In this document: positions 53,279 through 64,000 of the stretch, in pieces
Position numbering within the stretch: position 1 is the first letter of the stretch
Layout of the letters: every line of letters begins with the position of its first letter
DNA from: Octopus vulgaris
Taxonomy: Eukaryota
Reading direction: 5' to 3'
DNA length: 64,000 nt
Assembly: GCA_951406725.2 (NCBI GenBank)
Contig: OX597820.1
Coordinates: forward strand, 15,934,001-15,998,000
Program-made: the position numbers and the translations under genes
Notes under the pieces: model-generated
The model's input: only the letters and a program-made list of their open reading frames with translations
What the model was told of the DNA's origin: nothing
Database searches by the model: none

Positions 53279-54453
53279 CCCTGATGCAGTACCAGGCAGT
53301 GGCTCTCATGGCTTCTGATCTTAACTGATTGGAAGTGTTATCATGTACATTGCTTTGTCTAGGTATAAAAGATGGGCTACAGCAAATATTCTGCTCAATA
53401 TCACAGATTTGCCTGTCAGTTGTTTGACCTTAACCAGTTGAGCATGTCCCTTGGTGGCTGACGATATGTGCATCTCTGATCACGAATAGTAGGAGAGCAT
53501 CATAGCCATGTGTTACATCGACCCCAGTACTCAACTGGTACTTAATTTATCAAATAATAATAATAATAATAATAAATGCCTTGATTTAGTGGCTCTCGTG
53601 GCTTCTGATCTTAACTGATTGGAAGTGTCATCATGTACATTGTTTTGTTTTGGTATAAAAGAAGGGCTACAGCAAATATTCTGCTCAATACCACAGATTT
53701 GCTTGTCAGTTGTTTGACCTTAACCAATTGACCATGTCCCTTAGTGGTTGACGATATGTGCATCTCTGATCACGAATAGTAGGAGAGCATCATAGCTGTG
53801 AGTTGAAAGGAATTCTTAGAGGTTTGAAAATTCACCTCTGGAAACATGGGTGGTTCTTTCAACATCCTTAAACAGTCCTTATTCAGGGACTTCCTTCTGA
53901 ACATCCTGCACAAATGATATATATACTTATAGTTTTTTACTGTACATCAGCTCACTCCCTCCGTGGGGCACCGACATTGCCTGGACATGAGCACACTGAA
54001 CCACACGACAGAAGGCGCTGTGAAACGGAAGTTAAGACTATATGATCTGAACTATACTTCCTCCCGTGATATAAACCTTTTCTCGCAGAGGATGTTTGTA
54101 GTTCATATTGTTGCTGTTGTAAGGCGGGAAAGCTGGCAGAATCGTTAGCACGCCGGGCGAAATGCTTAGCGGTATTTCGTTTGCCGCTACGTTCTGGGTT
54201 CAAATTCCGCCGTGGTCGACTTTGCCTTTCATCCTTTCGGGGGTCGATTAAATAATTACCAGTTACGTACTGGGGTCGATGTATCGACTTAATCCGTTTG
54301 TCTGTCTTTGTTTGTCCTCTCTGTGTTTAGCCCCTTGTGGGTAGTAAAGAAATAGATATTTCGTCTGCCGCTACGTTCTGGGTTCAAATTCCGCCGAGGT
54401 CGACTTTGCTTTCATCCTTTCGGGGTCGATTAAATAAGTACCAGCTACGCACT

Positions 54454-54508
<55 letters not shown>

Positions 54509-54564
54509 GAATAGATAAATAAACAGACAGACTGATAGATGGATGGACAGACAGACAGACAGAC

Positions 54565-54675
<111 letters not shown>

Positions 54676-54680
54676 TAGAC

Positions 54681-54758
<78 letters not shown>

Positions 54759-55460
54759 ACAGGTCGATAGCCGGAAAAGGAAGGATAAAAAAAAAACGAC
54801 TCTAAGACAAAAATTTTTCCTCTGCACTCATTAACAGAACATTATTCATATGAGAAGACTATATTCCGTTTGTTACAACCTTCCTCACACTTACCGCTCG
54901 CACCCCGGCCACTACTCAAGCTCTGTGAGGAAACCTTCGTAAATGAGTTGTTTTGCGTTTAGCCTACACGTCACGACCGACTTAAATGTCATCATGGCCG
55001 CATTATTCTTGCTTGATTGCTTTCTTTCCTCCTTTCTTCTTTCCTTCCTTGTTCGGTTTTTATCGGAGAGGTGGGCCGAACGAAACATCTTCGTTATGAT
55101 ATCACACCTACCGTTTTTCACTTGACCTTACCTTCGCTTGAGTAATACGTCTCCTCTTCGTCCACACACACACACACACACACAGAGAAATACATTAACG
55201 GAATGGAGACGACGGGAATGATTAAATATGGCATTTCAAACTATCCATAATAATATTTTATGGGATTTCGGAGATGGATATATTAAGATTGGGAAAATAA
55301 AACAGATTATCGTGGATAGATTAAAGAGTGTGAGCAGTGAAGTAAGATAAGGATTAGATAAAAGCTGGATCGGGGCGACTTTGAAGTGGTGGTTTGGTAA
55401 GGTTGCGTACTTATAAGGGAAAAGAGATGGGTAGGGGTGTGCGTAAGAAGATAATAAATT

Positions 55461-55673
55461 AAGGAAGAAAGAAAGGAAGAAAGGAAGAAAGAAAGAAAGG
55501 AAGGAAGGAAGGAAGAAAGAAATGAAAGAAGAAAGAAAGAAAGAAGGAAAGAAATGAAGGAAGAAAGAAAGAACGAATGAAAGAAAGAAAGAAAAAAAGG
55601 AAGGAAGGAAGAAAGGAAGAAAGAAGGAAAGAAAGAAAGAAAAGAAGGAAAGAAATGAAGGAAGAAAGAACGA

Positions 55674-55709
<36 letters not shown>

Positions 55710-55845
55710 AAAGAAAAAAGAAAGAAAGAAAGTAAGAAATGAAGGAAGAAAGAAAGAACGAATGAAAGAAAGAAAGAAAGGAAGGAAGGAAGCAAGGAAG
55801 GAAGGAAGGCAGAAAGAAAGGAAGAAAGAAAGAAATAAAAGAAAA

Positions 55846-55877
<32 letters not shown>

Positions 55878-56010
55878 AATGAAGGAAGAAAGAAAGAAAG
55901 AAAGAAAGAAAGGAAGGAAGAAAGGAAGGAAGAATCAAAGAAAGAAAGAAAGAAAGAAAGAAAGAGCGGAGGCAAGGAAAAAAGAAAGAAAAGAAGAGCT
56001 GAAAGGAAGA
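55461..56010. repeat. Polypurine (GAAA/GGAA)n tract
   Basis: Direct inspection. Confidence 0.95.
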
Positions 56011-56451
56011 GATTATCCCGGCTGACAGCTTTTCATTTGAGCATAAATATCTAAGCAACATCAAAACGATGATACGATGGTGCTTTCTAAGAAGTGTCCA
56101 TTAGGAACCGAACAGAATCAGTAGCGTAGCTGGAGTGGCAGTGGTAGGGATGGGGCTGTCCTGTGTCCGGGCGACGCTTTTGGGTCTGCTGTATAAGGCT
56201 GCGTAGGCTTGTGGGCCCGTGGGGGGGGGAGCAGGAAACTCAAGAGCTGCTCTGGGCCGCATACACTCTAACCCGAACAGAGGGCAATGTTTTCAGATAA
56301 GGTCAGTTGTAATGGCTAAAACATACTGAATAACTTAGAGCCATCACCCAAAAGCTAATACAGAAGGTGAATGTACAGTGATTTCGCTAATTGTTTTAGG
56401 GACCTATTTAATCGTGAAATGATATAGCTAATCTCCTGGAACCTGCCATCC

Positions 56452-56686
56452 TTATTTCTTTATTGCCCACAAGGGGCTAAACATAGAGGGGACAAACAAG
56501 GACAGACAAACGGATTAAGTCGATTATATCGACCCCAGTGCGTAACTGGTACTTATTTAATCGACCCCGAAAGGATGAAAGGCAAAGTCGACCTCGGCGG
56601 AATTTGAACTCAGAACATAAAGACAAACGAAATACTGCTAAGCATTTCGCCCGGCGTGCTGACGTTTCTGCCAGCTCGCCGCCTTA
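56452..56686 (-). mobile_element. tRNA-derived SINE family A (Meta-domain-like), representative full-length copy
   Basis: aaggcggcgagctggcagaa...gagttcaaattcc...gtcgactttgcctttcatcctttcggggtcga. Other copies at about 4280, 5294, 12337, 19527, 19778, 25915, 26294, 36683, 47776, 48237, 54121, 58505 and 60400. Confidence 0.85.
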
Positions 56687-57527
56687 AATTCGAAGTAAAT
56701 ATTGACATAAAACAAATTATAAAACAACCTATGCAGTTTTTGGTCCTGCAATGCTTCTGAGGAATGTGTTGCTGGTTTCAGATTAACTTCCTACGCACAA
56801 TCACATCTAGAAATCAACGAACACTATCTCTTCCAGCACACACTTGAACGATAGAATTATGAAGAATGGCTACTACCGAGAAAAAAGGCAAGCCGGATGT
56901 TGGGCGCATGATGCGATTCGATCTGTTCCCTTTGGCATTGCGGGGGCACACAGTTTCCCAATGACTGATGGCTACAATGACGGATGTTGTAGTGTGGATG
57001 GGAGTGAATGTACTAAGAACAGGGTTTTTGTCCTTTCCAAGGAATCCCCTCAACGTTTTATAGTTGAGAGTAGCTTCATTGTGAGAGTGGAATTGAGAGA
57101 AACTCATTACTTTCCAGTATATTTCACAGAAAGTTGGCAATAATGATGGTCTAACTTCCGCGGGAGTGATTGAGTCAAAACTGAGAGTAAGTCCGGAAAA
57201 GTGAATGACCGAGGTTTTAAGAGGATTTTGTAATGTGCAGTGGGTGTGTGTGTATCTATGTGCGTGTGTGCCTCTGTGTGTATGTATGTATGTATGTATA
57301 AGATAACCTTACTTGGAACTGGATGCGTGGCGTTCAATCAAATAATAGTATAAATAATATATATATATTATAAATAATATAAATAATAATATAACGTATA
57401 TATATATATTATTTATACTATGTATGTATACATATACAAACACACATACACACACGCATATATATATATAGAGAGAGAGAGATAGATAGATACATACATA
57501 CATGCATACATGCATATATACATACAT

Positions 57528-57558
<31 letters not shown>

Positions 57559-57874
57559 TATATATATTAGTACATACTCTTTTACTTGTTTCAGTCATTT
57601 GACTGCGGCCATGCTGGAGCACCGCCTTTAGTCGAGCAAATCGACCCCGGGACTTATTCTTTGTAAGCCCAGTACTTATTCCATCGATATCTTTTGCCGA
57701 ACCGCGGTTTTTTTTATTTCGTATATTTTCATTTGTCTTGCTTATTTTTTACACTTTGGTTTTTTTTGCTGAATTTTTTTCTTGAGAACACATTCTTCGT
57801 GGAAAATGGCGATTTTGACGTCTATATCTAGCATATAGGCTGTCCATTTTTTTAGTGGTCAGTCCTCTAAATTT

Positions 57875-57914
<40 letters not shown>

Positions 57915-59076
57915 CTGTGATAATTTCCTTCCAATAGAAAGAAAGCGCTTTGAAGTAATCATTGATTAACCAATTATATTTCTCCACACGTATATACGAT
58001 GGGCTTCCACATAGTTTCCGTCTGCCAAATTCCTTCACAAAGTATCGGTCGCTACAGGGCCCTTGTAGAAGACACTTGTTCAAAGCATCGCACAGTGGAA
58101 CCGATCCTGAAACCTTTTCGTAACCATACAGCTATGCTAGCGCCAGGCCTTTCGTGCTTTATGAAACTTGCGTAAGTCAGAGACACAGAGACAACTGGAA
58201 GCAACCAATAACAAATAAATATGTACGAAGGAAAGAAAAACAGCATTTATATTTTTGAGTTTGGTGAAAATACGTGGCCTAATGGCTAGGGTGTTGAACT
58301 CACGATCATATAAGACCATGGGTTCGATTTCTTAACAGGGAGCAGCGTAGTGTAACCTTTTAGCAAGGAACTACTTTTCTCATTTCTGCAGTGTACTTTC
58401 AGATGAAGTACGTCCGAGTCGAGTGCCATACTAATGCAGTCCTCTCTTCCTTCAGCTGTGATTTCCTTGGGTGCTTTGCTATGTTAAGGATGTCAGGTTC
58501 CAATAGAGCTGGCAGAAATGTTGGCGTGCCAGGCGAAATGCTTAGCAGTGTTTCGTCTGCCGCTACGTTCTGAGTTCAAATTCCGCCGAGGTCGATTTTG
58601 CCTTTCATCCTTTCGGGGTCGATAAATTAAGTACCAGTTACGCACTGGGGTCGATGTAATCGACTTAATCCCTTTGTCTGTCCTTGTTTGTTCCCTCTAT
58701 GTTTAGCCCCTTGTGGGCAATAAATAAATAAGAAACGTTTGCACGCCGGGCGAAATGCGTAGCCGTATTTCGTCTGCCGCTACATTCTTAGTTCAAATTC
58801 CGCCGAGGTCGACTTTACCATTCATCCTTTCGGCGTCGAGTAAATAAGTATCAGTTACGCACTGGGGTCGATGTTATAGACTTAATCCCTTTGTCTGTCT
58901 TTGTTTGTCCCCTCTATGTTTAGCCCCCGCCCCTGCGGACAATAAAGAAATAAATATTAACTTCGAATTCTTTCTCCCATTTTCCTGTTGTAACTCCAAG
59001 TCGTTTCCTGAGACATTAACTCACCGGCCATTTTCGCCAAGCTGGAAGTGACTTCCATTATTATTATTATTATTAT

Positions 59077-59591
59077 TGAGTGAGAGAGCAGTGCATGCCA
59101 TCAAAGTGACACTGGGGTAAAATATACGAAGCCCAGTATACCCGTCTGATAAGGGTACACTAGGCACATGCATCACAACAATATCTGCGCGACATAGTGA
59201 TCTCATATCAAAATAAACAGCACATGACCTTGCAGGTGGGGCCCAGTTAGAATTTTCTTCAGGTCGAGTAACCCATCCCACACGAAAGGTCCCTGAATAA
59301 GGGTTGTTTAAAGATGTTGAACGAAACACCCAGGTTTCCAGATGTGAATTATTCAAACCCCAAAGAATCCTTCTCAACACATGGCTATGATGCTCCCCCA
59401 CTACTTCTGCTCGTGATCAGAGATGCACATATCGTCAGCCACTAAGGGACATGCTCAACTGGTTAAAGTCAAACAACTGACAAGCAAATCTGTGGTATTG
59501 AGCAGAATATTTGCTGTAGCCCATCTTTTATACCAAGACAAAACAATGTACATGATAACACTTCCAATCAGTTAAGATCAGAAGCCATGAG

Positions 59592-59592
<1 letters not shown>
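59077..59592. mobile_element. ~510-bp (TAA)n-associated dispersed repeat; other copies at ~35750-36182, ~53277-53512, ~53577-53890 and a fragment at ~43965-44022
   Basis: Shared sequence gagtgagagagcagtgcatgccatcaaagtgacactggggtaaaatatacg...gatcagaagccatgaga, bounded by (TTA)n. Confidence 0.75.
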
Positions 59593-59651
<59 letters not shown>

Positions 59652-59654
<3 letters not shown>

Positions 59655-60319
59655 TAGTATATTTTTTATATCGTGCTTTCACTTCACTACCGAGCGCAGC
59701 TCAGTGTGCCTTGGTTATGTGCTGTGATTTGTTGTGATTCTCTCATGGTTATTGTATGGAAAGTGTTCTGCGTAGGATGTGTGCAGTGCCTAGTAGTGCA
59801 ATTTTCTGTATGTTATATGTGTTTGTAAGTCCTGGTGTTTTTGTTATGTATTTGTCTGAATATTTTTTTATCATGCCTAATGCACCTATTATGATAGGAA
59901 TTGTTTCTGTTTTTAGATTCCACATTCTGGTTACCTCTATATTTCCAGGTCTTTGTATTTTGAAAGTTTCTCCATTTCTTTTAGAGACACGTTGTCATCC
60001 GCTGGTATTGATACATCAATTAGAAAACATTTTTTTCTTCATGATCTCTGACAACTATATCTGGTCTGTTGGCCTTAATTTCTCTATCTGTGTGTATTGG
60101 CATATCCCAGAGTATGGTTGCTTTCTCGTTTTCTGTGACCTTTTCTGGTGTGTGCCTATACCATCTTTTTTCTGTTGTTATTCCATAATGTTGGCATAGT
60201 TTCCAGTGTATATAGGTCCCAACTCTGTCGTGTCTGTGAATATATTTCTTCTTAGCCAGGACTGGGCAGCCAGAGATAATATGATTTATTGTTTCTTGTC
60301 CATCTCCACATATTCTGCA

Positions 60320-60320
<1 letters not shown>
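59652..60320 (-). mobile_element. R4/Dong-type (RLE) LINE 3' fragment in (TAA)n
   Basis: Minus strand encodes CRICGDGQETINHIISGC (CCHC knuckle), RHDRV, NRPDIV...IDVSIP and IPIIIGALG, with frameshifts. Flanked by (TTA)n on both sides. Confidence 0.85.
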
Positions 60321-60371
<51 letters not shown>

Positions 60372-61258
60372 AATAATAATAATAATAATAATAATGATAA
60401 GGTAGCGAGCTGGAAGAATCGTAAGCACGCCCGGTAAAATGCTTAGCAGCATTTCGTCCGTCTTTACGTTCTGAGTTCAAATTCCGCCGAAGTCGACTTT
60501 GCTTTTCATCCTTCCGGGAGTCAACAAATTAAGTACCAGTGAAACATGGAGTCGTTGTAACTTACTGGTCCCATCCCGACCAATTTCAGGCCTTATACTT
60601 TTAGTAGAAAGGATTATTATTAAAAATGGTAATCGTTTCTGTGATAGGAACAAAGGCTGAAATTTGTGGGGGAGGAGGCTGGTCGATTACATCGGTCCCA
60701 GGGTTCAACCGGTACTCATTTTATCGATTTTACTAATTCTGTTTTTTTTTTTATTTAAGCACAAGGCCTGCAGTTTTTAGGAGTGAGGTGTTAGTCGATA
60801 CTATAGGTCCCAGTACTTGACTGGACCTTGTTTTATCGGCCCTAAAAGGAAGAAAAATAAAGTTGATATTAGCGCGATTTGAACCCAGAAGAAAAAGAGT
60901 CGGAAGAATTACCGTAAGGAATATTTTTCTGATCCTCGAAAATTCCGGCCGAATAATAAATATTTCTAATTTAGAGACAAGGTTAGTATTTTAAAAAAGA
61001 AGGGTCAATCGATCGCATGAAACCCAAGTATTTGAATGGTACTTCATTTATCGACCACGGAGAGATGAATGGCAAAGTTAATCGCGACGGAATTTGAACT
61101 CTGAATGTAACGAACCGAAGCGAATGTGCTCAGGACATTTTATACGACCATTTCACGATTCTGCGAACAAGGTTGCGAAGAATAAGGATCAGGAGGAGGA
61201 GGGAGGAGGGAAGAGAGAGGGCGGAGAGGAGGAGCTGAAGAAGAAAAAGAAGGACGGT

Positions 61259-61301
<43 letters not shown>

Positions 61302-61375
61302 GAAGGAACAAACAAACAAAAAGAAAACAAAAGATGGAAAAGAAATAATATAAAAGGAAGAAGGAGGAGAGGAAG

Positions 61376-61908
61376 ATGAAGAAGAAGAAGAAGAAGAAGA
61401 AGAAGAAGAAGAAGAAGAAGAAGAAGATGATGATGATGATGATAATGATGATGATGATGGGGGCACAGGAGGAGAATGTGGACAAGAAGAAGAAGAAGAA
61501 GAAGAAGAAGAAGAAGAAGAAGAAGAAGAAGAAGATGATGATGATGATGATAATGATGATGATTATGGGGGCACAGGAGGAGAATGTGGACAAGAAGAAG
61601 AAGAAGAAGAAGAAGAAGATGATGATGATGATGATAATGATGATGATGATGGGGGCACAGGAGGAGAATGTGGACAAGAAGAAGAAGAAAAAGAAGAAGA
61701 AGAAGAAGAAGAAGAAGAAGAAGAAGAAGAAGAAGAAGATGATGATGATGATGATGATGATGGGGGCACAGGAGGAGAATGTGGACAAGAAGAAGAAGAA
61801 GAAGAAGAAGAAGAAGAAGAAGAAGAAGAAGAAGATGATGATGATGATGATGATGATGGGGGCACAGGAGGAGAATGTGGACAAGAAGAAGAAGAAGAAG
61901 AAGAAGAA

Positions 61909-61941
<33 letters not shown>

Positions 61942-62282
61942 AATGATGATGATGATGGGGGCACAGGAGGAGAATGTGGACAAGAAGAAGAAGAAGAAGA
62001 AGAAGAAAAGAAGAAGAAGAAGAAGAAGAAGAAGAAGAAGAAGAAGAAGAAGATGATGATGATGATGATGATGATGGGGGCACAGGAGGAGAATGTGGAC
62101 AAGAAGAAGAAGAAGAAGAAGAAGAAGAAGAAGAAGAAGAAGAAGAAGAAGATGATGATGATGATGATGATGATAATGATGATGATGATGGGGGCACAGG
62201 AGGAGAATGTGGACAAGAAGAAGAAGAAAAAGAAGAAGAAGAAGAAGAAGAAGAAGAAGAAGAAGAAGAAGAAGAAGAAGAA

Positions 62283-62336
<54 letters not shown>

Positions 62337-62343
62337 GAAGAAG
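61376..62343 (+). repeat. Higher-order compound repeat: 8 x [(GAA)n (GAT)n GGGGGCACAGGAGGAGAATGTGGACAA]
   Basis: Invariant 27-bp core at ~61459, 61567, 61651, 61762, 61858, 61957, 62076 and 62190. Confidence 0.95.
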
Positions 62344-62530
62344 CTACAACCAGAAGAATATCGGTGTCTCACAGTGTCAAAACAAAAGAAAAGAAAAATC
62401 CGAAAAGAAAATGTCTTGGTAATCAATGACTAAAGTTTTACTTTGTTCATGTCTTCGAGTCACAAGTAAAAACAAAATCTGACTTGGTTGTTGCTTTTCT
62501 AGTTTCTTCCTTAACGTACGGATCATTTAT

Positions 62531-62778
62531 GCCGGAAGTGACAAAAATATTTGCTTGTCATTGAAGTGTCACGTGAACAGGAAGTTTCAACGTAAATATA
62601 AATAATCCATCCTTACTGGCACCCACTCACGCATATAAGTGTGTATGTGTGTGTATGTGTGTGTGTGTGTATGTGTGTGCATGTATGTGTGTGTGTGCAT
62701 GAGTGTGTATGTGTGTGTGTGTGTGTATGTGTGTGACACACACATAAAAAACGACTCTTACATATAGCAATACAATAT

Positions 62779-62817
<39 letters not shown>

Positions 62818-63010
62818 TATAATCATAAATACATATAGAAACACATGCACACACACACACACGTACGATATGTACAGAAACAAACAACAAACACATTGTC
62901 ACACGCATTCCGTTCCCCACGCCCATCATGTCGTAATGTGTCACATGAAGGAAGTGAGTGTGAATCTATTTCTGGTATTAATATCACGTAGGTAAATGTC
63001 ACATGACAGG
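62531..63010. promoter_or_regulatory. Candidate enhancer: ETS sites clustered with MiT/TFE/USF-type E-boxes
   Basis: CCGGAAGTG (62532), GTCACGTGA-ACAGGAAGT (62567-62585), GTCACATGA-AGGAAGTG (~62940-62956), GTCACATGAC (~62998). Confidence 0.4.
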
Positions 63011-63354
63011 TGAAGCATATTTGTAGAAGAGATAACGCTCATCACAACACAAACTTCCACACACACACACACACACACACACACGCATACATATATGTAT
63101 GTACGGATGTGTATGTATGTGTGTGTGTGTGTGTGTATGCGCGCGAGTCTGTGTGTGTCCTGATTCACTTACAAAATATCTATGACATGAAAAATTCTTA
63201 TGATTGTATGGAATTGTGACATTATCACAAACTTCTTAGTCATGATTGGCACAAGCGAACTCGGTCGACTGTGTAAATATTGTATTTCATACATACATAC
63301 ATGTAGATCATATCAGCTGGGATTCTCGTCGTTGTAACCGACGGAGTGCTTCTA

Positions 63355-63755
<401 letters not shown>

Positions 63756-63758
63756 TAT

Positions 63759-63804
<46 letters not shown>

Positions 63805-63958
63805 TAGGTAAGTAGGTAGGTAGGAGCACTCCGTCGGTTACGACAACCGGGGTCCCAGCTCATGGCTAGGGCATTCGGTTCATGATCGCAGGTTGTGACG
63901 TAAACACACCAGCATCGGTTCTCAAGCGATTATGGGTGGGGAGACAAACACAGACACA

Positions 63959-64000
<42 letters not shown>

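Noticed and set aside
56814-57143. ~100-aa ORFs on both strands in unique sequence
   Set aside because: No recognisable domain or clear exon boundaries; ORFs of this length are expected by chance.
61376-62343. CRISPR-like repeat/spacer appearance
   Set aside because: The spacers are simple triplet repeats, the context is eukaryotic, and there are no cas genes.

Overview
AT-rich, microsatellite-saturated eukaryotic genomic DNA, most likely a coleoid cephalopod (Octopus), judged from its tRNA-derived SINE families and repeat landscape. I could reconstruct one protein-coding gene by hand: a minus-strand ETV6/7 (TEL/Yan)-family ETS repressor. It has 8 coding exons (14031 down to 1641), all with GT-AG junctions and consistent phases, giving 598 aa with a SAM-PNT domain, an ETS domain and a long C-terminal tail ending in PQDLS. 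Four of the exons are absent from the ORF track. The remaining ~50 kb upstream has no recognisable gene and consists of SINEs, R4/Dong-type LINE fragments in (TAA)n, MITEs, a non-autonomous Helitron, and simple or tandem repeats. The most notable hidden signals are: (1) five type I hammerhead-ribozyme motifs at four loci with mutually unrelated stem sequences, three of the loci being short Penelope-like inverted-repeat elements and one carrying a tRNA-derived Pol III head; (2) a 9x ~190-bp tandem array of a tRNA-like unit with a STAT-type TTCTAAGAA motif, plus a nearby inverted copy; (3) several small rearrangements whose mechanism can be read from the sequence. All calls were made by eye, so repeat boundaries are approximate.
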